DNA of 51,968 nucleotides from a virus (Duplodnaviria; Caudoviricetes), in IMG/VR virus record IMGVR_UViG_3300048803_000048, positions 1 to 51,968 of that record, one strand, 5' to 3'. The notes under the pieces are model-generated. The model searched no databases. It had not been told where the DNA came from and was given only the letters and a program-made list of their open reading frames with translations. The stretch's first letter is position 1. Each line of letters opens with the position of its first letter. Shown here piece by piece: positions 29,518 to 39,660 of the stretch. A program made the position numbers and the translations under genes.

Positions 29518-30324
29518 TTATAACAATTCCTTTTTAAATTCATGTAAACCAATAATATCATCATTAATGGTATTCTTGTTGTATTTCATTTCTTTTATTT
29601 TACGAATCGCATTAGCAATTTTAAGTTTTTTTTCTTCAGCATCATCATTACCAACGCCTTCAAGTATTGCCAAGCATTCTGTTTTATATTCTTCAAGAAT
29701 TGTTGTTTTTTCCTTTTTATCGGCTTTAATGAGTTTTTTTAATAATATCTTGTCGGATTCATTGAGCGATTCATATTTATCGTTGAATTTATTAATTGCA
29801 ATTTCAATAACATCTTCATTAACATCCTTCACTTCCATGTTTTCAGTTAATGCTTGTGTTTTAGGTGTTTTTATGTGATTGAGAACCAAATCAAATGACT
29901 CATGCATTGCATCAACATCGATTTTATCGCAATCATTAAGCGATTCGCATATAAGAGTATCAATAGCATTATATAATAATCCTCTTTCGAGTTCAGACGG
30001 CATACCATCAAGAACCATGCTTCCACCCTTCAAAAATTCATTTAATTTCAGACGTTCTTTATCTATTTCATCAATAGTATATACTTCGAACAATTTTATA
30101 TTACTGTCAATATAGCGTGTTGCCGCTAAATCATTTTCAATGGTTTTATTTTCTAAATTATTGAAAACTTTAAACTCTAACTGTAAAATAGGCGAACTTT
30201 TAACAACTTCAAAAAAATCAGTTGTTATTTTTTTGGATTCCTCAATAAGACTGTTGTTAAAATAAGAATCCCTTAATTTGTTTGAAACTACTAAATTGGC
30301 TATTCCTATGTTAGTGTTTTTCAT
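29518..30324 (-). CDS. Hypothetical head-module protein downstream of the portal
   Basis: 268-aa helical ORF with GTATTTATA upstream. Confidence 0.65.
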   Translation of the reverse strand: MKNTNIGIANLVVSNKLRDSYFNNSLIEESKKITTDFFEVVKSSPILQLEFKVFNNLENKTIENDLAATRYIDSNIKLFEVYTIDEIDKERLKLNEFLKGGSMVLDGMPSELERGLLYNAIDTLICESLNDCDKIDVDAMHESFDLVLNHIKTPKTQALTENMEVKDVNEDVIEIAINKFNDKYESLNESDKILLKKLIKADKKEKTTILEEYKTECLAILEGVGNDDAEEKKLKIANAIRKIKEMKYNKNTINDDIIGLHEFKKELL

Positions 30325-30388
30325 AATTATTTTGTTCGATTTATTATAAATACTATAATTTACTCTAAATGATTATTTTTGTCCATAC

Positions 30389-32449
30389 TTAAATTACTGT
30401 ACCACCACCTTCAGTAGGACCAGAAACACTTAATTCATCAATGTCACCCAAATCTTCAAGGTTAACGTCATCTGTTTCAACGATTTTCTGCTGAGTATTA
30501 AAATTTTCGCCTTCTTTCAAAAGACTATCAATTTCATTTGCCATTCTCATTGCACGGTCATTCAATTCATTATTTTTAACAGTATTTTCATGTATAACCT
30601 TTTTATGTTTAGCTTCTTTTTTTGTATCGGGTTGCTGAGTGCTACCAAATACAAGTTTTTCAACCCGAGTATTATATTCTTCTTCACTCAATACTTTTCT
30701 TCCACGAACATTTTCTTGCGCTTCAATTGGTGGAAGTTCTGCAGGAGATTGATTTGGTAATCCCGGAATTGGTGCTGGTGCACCCGGACCGCCTGCACCG
30801 CCTGTGGGTGGCATTCCACCGCCTGCACCACCTGCAGGTGGCATTCCACCTTGTTCAGTACCACCGCTTGGAGCACCAAGTGCAGCATTTGCTTCACCAT
30901 ATCTCTTATCAATATCTGCAAATAATCCGGTTTTCTTAATAAGAACAGGAGCATCTTGAAGTTCTTGCATAATTGCTTTTTCCATCTTCTGCTGTTTCAA
31001 GTCTTCAACAATTTCTCTATCGCTCATATTGAATAATACTCGCTTAGCTGTTGTGTGTGACATAGCAGCAATACCAGATTCTGCACGTGTTAACTCAGTA
31101 TAAGTTTGTGCTTTATCACGCATCAATTCAGACTTAAGTAATTCTTGCTGAGTTGAAGGATTGGTAAGAGTAAGTGTAAAGTCTTTCAAATCATCACCAG
31201 TATAACCTAAAAGGTATAGGTGAATCATTGCCATTTTATTGAGTTCCTGAATTATTGCCTGTTGAATACGATTGACTTTCTTAGAAAATCTGATATCGTA
31301 TTGTGCCATATTTTTACCTGCACCTGCAGCATCTTGAAAACTTAAGAAAGGTTTAGGAACACCAAGTCCAACAAACAAATTATCACGAAGATATTCAATG
31401 TCTTGAATAGCATCCAAGTTACTTGCACCCGGAAGAGTTTCAATACCTGTTTGTGTATTTGCATTTCTTACTGGAAGAAAATAATCTTCGTCATTACCAA
31501 GTATGTTGAAACGATAATCAATTTGTCCATCATTTGGTTGCACTTGTGCGGTCTTTTTGAATTTCGTTGCTACCTTATAGATATAGTTTTCAATATCGTC
31601 TTCGTCAATATTACCTACGTCAATTTTGAATACTTTCTTTTCTCCTGCACGGATAATACGATAAGTTAACATAGCATCTTCAGCCATAACTAATTGTCTG
31701 AAAACTCTACGAACTTTATTAAGAATTGATGAACCATATGGTAAGTATTTGTCGTCACCCAATAATCTGAAATGGGCAATTTCAAATACGTTGAATTCGT
31801 CACCCGTCATTCTTTCTTTAAATTTTACTAAAGGCTTACCGTTTTGTATTCTTTCAAATCTTTCAATTTCATAATTTACCATTTGTTTTACGTGAGTAAT
31901 ACCCTTTTTACGTTCACCGTAAAGCAATACGAAATTATCACCGTACTTACATAGGTTTCTTACCCAAAAAGGTAAGTTAACATTCACATTAACAATATCA
32001 TAAAAGAATTCTTCAAGTAAATACTTAACACGTTCTTTGTTGGAATAAATGTTTAACATTTTACCGTTTAAGCCAATTGTTGTTGCTTCTTCCATAAAAA
32101 GGTCCAATGCACTACTAATAATTGGGTAATATTCCATACCTTCATAATCAATATATGCAGGAAGTCTGGCTGCTTCATATTGAAGTGCCTTTTGAAAGCC
32201 TCTGTCAGTTGTACGAAAGAATTTGCTTTGAAGTTCTTTTTTCTGCTCCAATTCCAAACCTTTCTGATGAATTTCTTCGGGAGTATTACCCTTAATAATT
32301 ATCTTGGTTTCTCTTGGTGGAGCAACAGATGTACCAACACTTGCAGTCGAAGACATGGGCATTCCATCAGTAAAACCCATACCATCAAGGTTTAACAATC
32401 CATTAAGTTGCTGGTATATTGTTAATTTATTTTGTTTCTCATCAGCCAT
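30389..32449 (-). CDS. gp20: Portal protein (T4 gp20-like)
   Basis: HFRL.....PYGSSIL, EDAML.YRI.RA.E.KVFKIDVGN, EDYFLPVR, IETLPGA. Confidence 0.95.
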   Translation of the reverse strand: MADEKQNKLTIYQQLNGLLNLDGMGFTDGMPMSSTASVGTSVAPPRETKIIIKGNTPEEIHQKGLELEQKKELQSKFFRTTDRGFQKALQYEAARLPAYIDYEGMEYYPIISSALDLFMEEATTIGLNGKMLNIYSNKERVKYLLEEFFYDIVNVNVNLPFWVRNLCKYGDNFVLLYGERKKGITHVKQMVNYEIERFERIQNGKPLVKFKERMTGDEFNVFEIAHFRLLGDDKYLPYGSSILNKVRRVFRQLVMAEDAMLTYRIIRAGEKKVFKIDVGNIDEDDIENYIYKVATKFKKTAQVQPNDGQIDYRFNILGNDEDYFLPVRNANTQTGIETLPGASNLDAIQDIEYLRDNLFVGLGVPKPFLSFQDAAGAGKNMAQYDIRFSKKVNRIQQAIIQELNKMAMIHLYLLGYTGDDLKDFTLTLTNPSTQQELLKSELMRDKAQTYTELTRAESGIAAMSHTTAKRVLFNMSDREIVEDLKQQKMEKAIMQELQDAPVLIKKTGLFADIDKRYGEANAALGAPSGGTEQGGMPPAGGAGGGMPPTGGAGGPGAPAPIPGLPNQSPAELPPIEAQENVRGRKVLSEEEYNTRVEKLVFGSTQQPDTKKEAKHKKVIHENTVKNNELNDRAMRMANEIDSLLKEGENFNTQQKIVETDDVNLEDLGDIDELSVSGPTEGGGTVI

Positions 32450-32520
32450 TTTTATAATTTATTATAGTTTTTTATAAATACTATGATTTTTAGCAAAAGT
32501 CATGTAGTTATAAATACATT

Positions 32521-34602
32521 CTATCTTTTGTTTTTATCTTTAATTCCATCAAATAGCCACGCATTTACCATGTATGGATTCATTGGATTAGTGCTATTAG
32601 GTGAAATCATGGGTTTATTCTTGAAAATATTAGTATTAGTATTTCCGCTATTCATTCTTTTATCCATTTCAGCGAAATCATTTACGGTCATAATTGCATT
32701 AAGCATTTTTTCTGTAATACCCTTACTTTGTTTATATCTTGCCATATCATAGTTTAAAACATATAAGGCAATCGATAATCCCATGATACTATCATCGTGG
32801 AATGAACGTTTATGGTCTGCAACCCTATTACCGGGCACTGTGACGAAGGTTTTAAGTTCATTGAGTAATCTGACTGACCTAATAATCACGTCTTCCATAT
32901 GTATCGCTCTTTGCATTTCAAGCACTACTGATGAACGATTACCACCAACAAAAAATCCGGGAATTAAATCAACATTAATAATCAATCCGTCTGCCATTGC
33001 TTTTTGACCCTTCTTAATATATCCCTGTAATCTATCTCTTGATGGCTTATGCGTTACTTCAGCATAATGAACATTTTCATATCCATATTCCAATAATTTT
33101 TCAACGGTCTGAACGCCATAACCACCTGTGATATCAACAACAACATAAGCATTATTATATCTTCTTGCAAATTGGTATGCTACTTCAGCAAGTACTTGTG
33201 GTACTATTTTGCCCATATATTCAGCAACTTGATAAACCCTATTTCTCCGTATTTTAGTCTTTTTAACTTTCTCGCCTTTGGTAATAAGTTTTTCTTCAAT
33301 TATTTGCTTGACCTTTAAAACGTTAATCGTTGAACTGTCTTCACCGTGTCCCGGAGAAGCATCAATTCCCATTATGTAATCTTCGCCAGGAATTGGGTCT
33401 TCCCAAACCCAAAAATTCATATCCATATATTCCTGTTTGATTGGAACCAGAACTTCATGTTCTTGAATACGTAAAAGATATTCTTCAGCAATAAAGTTAT
33501 CACCAGACCCTAAGAAAGAACAAAGTAATTCTTGACTGATTTTACGCATATCACCGTTAGCATCCCTTACTTGTTCTTCAAACCAAGGAGAACTTGCTTC
33601 CCAGAATTCTTCAACCATTTTACTACGTTTCTCAGCATCCCAATTTTCGTCAGTTATACGAATCTCATTTTCCTTGCCTTTATTCTTCACCCACTCAAGA
33701 CCCTTATTATATCTTGGGTCATTATACCACCATAATTCAACTGCCTTAAAGTTGTTTTCTCCCCTACGAGCACCATCAAAATGTTTGTAGAAAACTGCAT
33801 CAAGACCCGAAGGTGTTGAAACCATGATAGCACCACCACCAGTACCTAATGTAGGTCTTGCTGCGGTCCAGAATTTATCTCCCTTTTCTGTCCATGCAGT
33901 TTCATCCCAGAATATCAAAGTAGGTGTCATACCACGAAGACCTTTAGATGAGAAAGCACCTAAACGAGAATTATTGTCATAAATTTTATCCTTCTGAGTA
34001 TCTTTTAAATTCTTACCATCAACCATACCTGTTTTTGGCTTCAGCCAAGTCGGACAACTTTCAATGAATAAAACTACATCACTCATAATTTCATCACGTG
34101 CTGTTTCAAGTTTATCTGCCACAATAGCAACCTGTCTGTTACTGTTGAACATTATATACCATGCAATGTATGCACAGGTGGTTGTTGAAACACCTGCTTG
34201 ACGATATTTGTTTGCAACAACAAATCTGTTGTCCATATAAGTTCGAATTAACTTCTTTTGAAAGTCAAATAATTTAAATGGTACAATAAGACCTGCTTTA
34301 CCCTGTGTCTGGTCAAAAATTGTTAAATATGTTTCAATAAAATAAAATGGATTTGTAGCACAACGAACAAATTCAAATTCTTGTTCTTCTACAGTTAATT
34401 CTTTTGCTTTTTTTACAATTCCGTCTTTTGTAATAATGATAGGTTCGATTCTTCCAACCTTTTTACGGAGTTCATCAGCCAGTTTTCTTGCAACTTCTTT
34501 ATCCTTTTCTCTTTGTAAATCATACGGCACTAAAGGAATGTGTTCCGCACCTTCATCTTCATCTTTATCGAAACCGAGATTTAAATCGATGTTAACGCTC
34601 AT
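32521..34602 (-). CDS. gp17: Terminase large subunit (T4 gp17-like)
   Basis: KYRQAGVST (Walker A), IFWDETAW (Walker B), VSTPSG, nuclease GIDAS.G.G.D and HDDSIM. Confidence 0.95.
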   Translation of the reverse strand: MSVNIDLNLGFDKDEDEGAEHIPLVPYDLQREKDKEVARKLADELRKKVGRIEPIIITKDGIVKKAKELTVEEQEFEFVRCATNPFYFIETYLTIFDQTQGKAGLIVPFKLFDFQKKLIRTYMDNRFVVANKYRQAGVSTTTCAYIAWYIMFNSNRQVAIVADKLETARDEIMSDVVLFIESCPTWLKPKTGMVDGKNLKDTQKDKIYDNNSRLGAFSSKGLRGMTPTLIFWDETAWTEKGDKFWTAARPTLGTGGGAIMVSTPSGLDAVFYKHFDGARRGENNFKAVELWWYNDPRYNKGLEWVKNKGKENEIRITDENWDAEKRSKMVEEFWEASSPWFEEQVRDANGDMRKISQELLCSFLGSGDNFIAEEYLLRIQEHEVLVPIKQEYMDMNFWVWEDPIPGEDYIMGIDASPGHGEDSSTINVLKVKQIIEEKLITKGEKVKKTKIRRNRVYQVAEYMGKIVPQVLAEVAYQFARRYNNAYVVVDITGGYGVQTVEKLLEYGYENVHYAEVTHKPSRDRLQGYIKKGQKAMADGLIINVDLIPGFFVGGNRSSVVLEMQRAIHMEDVIIRSVRLLNELKTFVTVPGNRVADHKRSFHDDSIMGLSIALYVLNYDMARYKQSKGITEKMLNAIMTVNDFAEMDKRMNSGNTNTNIFKNKPMISPNSTNPMNPYMVNAWLFDGIKDKNKR

Positions 34603-34640
34603 ATATAAATATTTACAATAAATACTCATATATGTATAAA

Positions 34641-34714
34641 ACCGCAAAGCGTGGTACATATCTTGATGTATCACGCTCCATAACCCGCTTCTTCCGAATC
34701 TGGTAAGATGGGCA
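34641..34714 (-). ncRNA. Candidate small structured RNA with two hairpins, one SRP-S-domain-like
   Basis: GC-enriched non-coding stretch after its own GTATTTATA motif; CCAU-CUU-ACC-AGA-UUC-GGAA-GAA-GCG-GGU-U-AUGG and GCGUG..CACGC hairpins. Confidence 0.4.
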
Positions 34715-34729
34715 ATTATAAATACGTAG

Positions 34730-35218
34730 TTATTCTAATTTCAACGAAGAGGTTTCAACAAATTCGTTATTTTTCAATATAATTTTACGTGCATAAAGTA
34801 AATCCTTAACTCTCGTCAACGACATACCGTAATGAAAAACCAATAATGGTGCATTTTCTTCGTCTTTAGCAAACATGCTGTCATATTGAGCAAAGCCATT
34901 ACTTGTATCACCCTGTTTTTCAATTTCATATGCAAGAGCATGAATTGTATTATAACCATGCATATACGGTCTATCAACTGCTTCATGTAAACAAAATAAG
35001 TCAAAAGATTTGGTCTTAAGATTAAAAATTGCATTAATAAATTCTTCGGTTGGCGGTAATGCATTATTACAAGCGGGTTCTAAGTCCCAGCACCATGCCT
35101 CAATATCTACGTTAGTTTCATCCGTAGAAAAAATAAACTCATATAACCCCTCATCTTTAGAATTATAGCCTATTTTCAACACATAAATCAACTTGAGTTT
35201 CTTGTCATCAGATTCCAT
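34730..35218 (-). CDS. Hypothetical protein upstream of the terminase
   Basis: 162-aa ORF with late-type motif upstream. Confidence 0.65.
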   Translation of the reverse strand: MESDDKKLKLIYVLKIGYNSKDEGLYEFIFSTDETNVDIEAWCWDLEPACNNALPPTEEFINAIFNLKTKSFDLFCLHEAVDRPYMHGYNTIHALAYEIEKQGDTSNGFAQYDSMFAKDEENAPLLVFHYGMSLTRVKDLLYARKIILKNNEFVETSSLKLE

Positions 35219-35242
35219 ACTGTGAGTTTCCTATAAATACAG

Positions 35243-35647
35243 TCAAATATCTAAACCCGTTATGTTTTTTATTTCGTTTTTTACAATACTAACTGACATG
35301 TTATATGAGGATAGGGTTTCCGTAGTTTTCTTTTCGAAAAATTTATGTAAAACATAGAAAAATGTTGATAATAAAACTATAATTATTGATAGTGCTTGAA
35401 CATGTAAAAATATTGTAAGGAAGGAAAGTCCTAAAAGAATATAACTTAAAACTTTACTTGCAAGTGAACGGGAAAAATTGATATGCATCACATCTTCGAG
35501 ATAAGGAAATAAAATTCTGCGATATTCAATCCAATCGCATTCATTATTACCATATTGTACATGGTTAAAAATTTCGAGTTCTTTTTCTTTTGACCCGCCA
35601 GTGTAAGTTCTATTGAACTTCAAGTATTGATAATTTCTCTGTTTCAT
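35243..35647 (-). CDS. Two-TM membrane protein
   Basis: Two hydrophobic helices; preceded by the TGTAAC...CGTA motif. Confidence 0.6.
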   Translation of the reverse strand: MKQRNYQYLKFNRTYTGGSKEKELEIFNHVQYGNNECDWIEYRRILFPYLEDVMHINFSRSLASKVLSYILLGLSFLTIFLHVQALSIIIVLLSTFFYVLHKFFEKKTTETLSSYNMSVSIVKNEIKNITGLDI

Positions 35648-35664
35648 ATTATTAGTTTTGTCTG

Positions 35665-35694
35665 TTATACGTAATACTATAACAAAATGTTACA
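35665..35694 (-). promoter_or_regulatory. TGTAACATTTT-N9-TTACGTATAA motif, copy 2
   Basis: Half-sites identical to those at 3333-3362. Confidence 0.7.
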
Positions 35695-35723
35695 AAAAAA
35701 CCCGAATTTCTTCGGGTTTTTTT
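35694..35723. terminator. Intrinsic terminator
   Basis: AAAAAAACCCGAA-TTTC-TTCGGGTTTTTTT. Confidence 0.85.
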
Positions 35724-35743
35724 ATTTATTACATTAATTTAAC

Positions 35744-37993
35744 TTATATACCACGTAATCCTGTGCTACCACCACCTTGTGGTGTTTGAATTCCAGTACT
35801 TTGATATTGTTTTGACATATAAATTGGTCTACCTGCTTTATCTAATCTCAATGTACCACCATTACCTTCAACATATTGTTTAATAAGATTATATTTTTCA
35901 GCAGTAGTTGCTCTCTTTGCATTATCACCAATAACACTCATATGAGGATTCATGAGAATATTTTTGAATGCTTCTTGAAATAGTGCCTTAACACCTGCTT
36001 CATCATTCGGGTCTAACTTTGCAAATTTTTCCGCAACGCTAAATCCTAAAATTTCATTCACAGCACCTTCTGTTAGTTTACCCTTTTTTTTAAGTATTAC
36101 ACCTTCATATAGTTTGAATTGTTCAGCAATTACTGCATCGAGTTTTTTCAATACAGGAGATTTTTTACTTTCGTTCAAACTTGGTTTTCTTTTACCTGCA
36201 AGTTCTTCAAGTTTCATGCGAACATATTTTCTTAATTTTACTTCGCTTTCATTCATGCTGATGTTAACAGTTTTATCGGGTTCAATTGAAATTTCAACGC
36301 CTGCGCCATCAGGTTTAATTGTTCCTACGCCAAGACTTTGACCTTCTGGAGCAAAACTAATACCGTCTGCTGCAGGAGTTTCTTCTCCACCAAATTCTTC
36401 TCCACCTGGTTCATGTTCAGTCTTTTCTTCTGCGGGAGTTTCACCTGCTTCAAGACCTTCTGGTTTTTCCAATTCGTCATCCTCTTCTTTAAGCATGTTA
36501 GGTTCACCAACTACTTTATTTCCTGGAGCAACTTTTTTATTGGTTTCTTTAAGCATGTTAGGTTCGCTAACCACTCTATTTCCGGGAGCGACCTTTTTAT
36601 CAGTTTCTTTGAGCATGTTAGGTTCACTAACTTGAGTATTTGAAGGGTCTATACCATTAACTGTTTCTGCAACAGCACCTTCACTACCCCAAAGTTCATT
36701 GAGTTGTGCCATTTTATCTTCATCTGATGATTCATTCATTTCATTAGCAAGTGGTTCAACTTGATTTGCATATTCATCATGACCGTAATCACCCTTGAGT
36801 TTTTCAAGAATTTCTGGAGTAATAACAATAGCAACAGTTTTAAAATCACCATCATTTTGTCCGTCATTATGAGCATTTGCATATCCGCTAATTACGTTTG
36901 CCTTTTCTTCATCGCCACATTCCATGAAAGACTGTGCAGTATCATAACCTCTTGATTTTGCATATTCTGGTAAGCTACCACATTCTGCACAAGGTTGTTC
37001 TTCTTCTTTAACACCACCTGCAGCACCGTCTGCTGTTACTGGCTCTGATGGCATTGTTTGTTCAAGGTCATCAATGTTTTGGTCTTTAGTAACTTCAAGT
37101 ATTTTCTTTGCTAATTCCTTACGGTCTTCAATTGGCATATCAACAAAATTATCTTTGAAATATCCAAGAAACATATTAACATAGTCAACAACCTTTTTAT
37201 CGTCAAGAGTTTTATCTTGAACCTTTTCACCAATTTTGCCAATATCCGATTTGATTTCATCTTTAGCACCTTCTTCACCTTCAGGATTTTCATCACCACC
37301 AAGTGCAGGTTCACCCGTATCTTCACCATCGGGATTTTCATCACCTTCAGGTGCAGGTTCACTCGTATCATCAGCAGATGGCAATTCTTCACCGCCTTCA
37401 GGCGCAGGAACACTATCTTCTGCAGGAGGCACTTCGCCTTCTGGTGAAGGTTCTTCTGCAGATGTTTTATCTGTAGGTTTTGCGCCTAATCCAGCAGCCA
37501 TTTCATCACCACCTTCAGGACCAGAAACTGGTTCAGCAGGAGGCATTGCTTCAGCACTTGTAGCAGCATCTAAATCACCAACCTTGCTTACAGCTTGGTC
37601 GATTTCTTCACCTGCCCTGTCCTCATTAAGTTTTTTCCTTTTGCTACCGTTCTTATCTACTTTCATTGAACTGGCTTCATTGATAGTATGAAAAATCATA
37701 TTTCTTTGCTTATCGGCTTCAGCTAATGAAGGATATTTAAAACCAGTGATGTTTGCCAATCCACCAATGTATGCAAAATCTGCAACATCAGGGTCTTGTT
37801 TTGTACCACCAACCTTAAGGAAGTAATTGTGATTCTCCTTAACAATACCATATGCAATGCCATCGGCTGCCCTCTTATAATCAATAAGACTGCCTAAGTT
37901 ACGTATTTTGGATTCTTTGAGTGCTGGCTTATTTACTTCAGCTAAATTCTTTAGTCTTTCGAAATATGCCTCTTTATTTGTATGTTTTGCCAT
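35744..37993 (-). CDS. Large acidic low-complexity protein, probable internal head/core protein
   Basis: 749 aa, E/P/G-rich, many LxE/MxE sites, late-type motif upstream. Confidence 0.6.
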   Translation of the reverse strand: MAKHTNKEAYFERLKNLAEVNKPALKESKIRNLGSLIDYKRAADGIAYGIVKENHNYFLKVGGTKQDPDVADFAYIGGLANITGFKYPSLAEADKQRNMIFHTINEASSMKVDKNGSKRKKLNEDRAGEEIDQAVSKVGDLDAATSAEAMPPAEPVSGPEGGDEMAAGLGAKPTDKTSAEEPSPEGEVPPAEDSVPAPEGGEELPSADDTSEPAPEGDENPDGEDTGEPALGGDENPEGEEGAKDEIKSDIGKIGEKVQDKTLDDKKVVDYVNMFLGYFKDNFVDMPIEDRKELAKKILEVTKDQNIDDLEQTMPSEPVTADGAAGGVKEEEQPCAECGSLPEYAKSRGYDTAQSFMECGDEEKANVISGYANAHNDGQNDGDFKTVAIVITPEILEKLKGDYGHDEYANQVEPLANEMNESSDEDKMAQLNELWGSEGAVAETVNGIDPSNTQVSEPNMLKETDKKVAPGNRVVSEPNMLKETNKKVAPGNKVVGEPNMLKEEDDELEKPEGLEAGETPAEEKTEHEPGGEEFGGEETPAADGISFAPEGQSLGVGTIKPDGAGVEISIEPDKTVNISMNESEVKLRKYVRMKLEELAGKRKPSLNESKKSPVLKKLDAVIAEQFKLYEGVILKKKGKLTEGAVNEILGFSVAEKFAKLDPNDEAGVKALFQEAFKNILMNPHMSVIGDNAKRATTAEKYNLIKQYVEGNGGTLRLDKAGRPIYMSKQYQSTGIQTPQGGGSTGLRGI
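36485..36632 (-). repeat. 60-nt period intragenic repeat (V.EPNMLKE x3)
   Basis: TTCTTT(A/G)AGCATGTTAGGTTC recurs at 60-nt spacing. Confidence 0.9.
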
Positions 37994-38072
37994 TTGACTA
38001 TGATTTTATTAATGTCGTTATTTTATTAAACTTTTTTATAAATACTTTATTTAGAACGAAAAATTAAGAAAC

Positions 38073-38321
38073 TTAGATAATTTGACCAGTTTCATCAGTA
38101 ATTTTATACTTAATAAGCATTTCAGCTACTCTTTGATTAATAAGTTTTTTACCCATAAATCTATGAATTATAGATTGATTTGCCTTTTTATGCGAAACAT
38201 CTTCCTTAAGAAACTTCTGATTTTTATGAATACTCTCAACAATTTCATAAAAAACTTTTTCGGCTTTCTTGTTCTCTACGTACTCCCTCAATTGAGCCTC
38301 TGTTAGTATAAATCTTTTCAT
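38073..38321 (-). CDS. Small putative head protein
   Basis: MKRFILTEAQL N-terminus. Confidence 0.6.
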   Translation of the reverse strand: MKRFILTEAQLREYVENKKAEKVFYEIVESIHKNQKFLKEDVSHKKANQSIIHRFMGKKLINQRVAEMLIKYKITDETGQII

Positions 38322-38325
38322 CGTA

Positions 38326-39138
38326 TTATTCGTTAATTTCGTCTAAGGTTAATTCATCTACCAAGTATTCATTCTTCATTTCTGTCATCTTCTTCAAAAA
38401 TCCTGAATGCCTTAATATCTTAAATACAAGATTTTCCACAGAAAATTCACCACCACTACTATCAAGTCCGGTTTGCCTGTATTTTCTTATTTTATTTTTT
38501 AACTGTTCATATTTTTTTAAAAACTCCTCACTGTCCTTATCGTCTTCAAGTTCATCAATATTATTTATTAAATCTGCCGCTTTTAACTGTACGTCTGCCA
38601 TATCAACATTGACAATTTTTTTTATGGGTTTTCTAATCCATTTATCTTTAGCAAGAGAATATACACCCGAAGAATGATGTGGCTCATTAGCATCTTGAAA
38701 ATACATTTCAACATCATGACCCTTAACCTGTATTGGAAGTTTTTCTGCCCATAATGCTTTCTTCAACATTAAAAATTCACCAACAAAAATTTTATTCTCA
38801 GAAATCTGATTAAAGTCCATTATAATATGAACATCAACATCAGAATCTTCAGTATAATTATAATTGGCAAGACTGCCTGTCAATACAATATCATTAAATT
38901 TTAAGCCTTCAACATCAGAAAACTCAATAAACCTTTTGGCATTTTTAAGCAATACCTCTCTTACTTCGGGTTTCAGTTTTTCATCTGATTCCCAAATCAT
39001 AGAGCAAAGCGTATCATTCATTTTAATTGTAGATACATCAACTGCCTCTGGTTCAATCACTTCTTTTAACACATCAGAAATGTCGTTCTGTTGCCAATAT
39101 TTAGAACTCCATTTTCTTGGATTACTCTTGATGTCCAT
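38326..39138 (-). CDS. Pol-beta-superfamily nucleotidyltransferase
   Basis: LTGSLANYNY...SDVDVH, DVEMY, GEFSVENLVFK.LR. Confidence 0.85.
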   Translation of the reverse strand: MDIKSNPRKWSSKYWQQNDISDVLKEVIEPEAVDVSTIKMNDTLCSMIWESDEKLKPEVREVLLKNAKRFIEFSDVEGLKFNDIVLTGSLANYNYTEDSDVDVHIIMDFNQISENKIFVGEFLMLKKALWAEKLPIQVKGHDVEMYFQDANEPHHSSGVYSLAKDKWIRKPIKKIVNVDMADVQLKAADLINNIDELEDDKDSEEFLKKYEQLKNKIRKYRQTGLDSSGGEFSVENLVFKILRHSGFLKKMTEMKNEYLVDELTLDEINE

Positions 39139-39658
39139 TTCTATCTTCTCTTTTTTTAATCTGATTGCCCCACATTGCTTTATTTTGTCCGACTTGTACA
39201 GGGCGTATTTCTATTTCATATGCATTTCCGTCTTTCTCATACCTATATAATCCAACAAAGCCGTTTGCAGTTGACCATAAATTAAGTCTTTTAAGTCCAG
39301 GAATTTTACTAATTTCCGAATGAATATTGCTTGCAAAAGTCTCAAGTCTTTCATTTAGAACCTCTTGATTTTCTTCAACATTCTCATTTCTTCCGAGAGC
39401 ATCAAAAATTTCTTGTAATTCTTGTGGTGATGCTTGTGCAATTGGCTTATTTCTTTTTATTAATAACCTATATAAAGTATCAATATCACCAAACTCTTCT
39501 TCATTGAATAGTTTATCAATTTGTAATTTAATTTCCTCTGCTTTTTTCTTATATTCGGTTGGTCGATAAAACATATTAAGATTAACGCCCTCATTTGTAA
39601 ATGAAGGGTCAACCCTTTGCATTATTTCAAGTAATCTTTCTTTAGTGTGCTTTTTCAT
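39122..39658 (-). CDS. Hypothetical protein with the shared N-terminal motif
   Basis: MKKHTKERLLEIMQRVDPSF. Confidence 0.65.
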   Translation of the reverse strand: MKKHTKERLLEIMQRVDPSFTNEGVNLNMFYRPTEYKKKAEEIKLQIDKLFNEEEFGDIDTLYRLLIKRNKPIAQASPQELQEIFDALGRNENVEENQEVLNERLETFASNIHSEISKIPGLKRLNLWSTANGFVGLYRYEKDGNAYEIEIRPVQVGQNKAMWGNQIKKREDRNGHQE

Positions 39659-39660
39659 AA

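Noticed and set aside
18928-37691. Numerous 60-150 aa antisense or alternative-frame ORFs inside capsid, scaffold, portal, terminase and other genes
   Set aside because: They are shadow ORFs from codon bias, with no motifs or expression signals, unlike the nested GIY-YIG.
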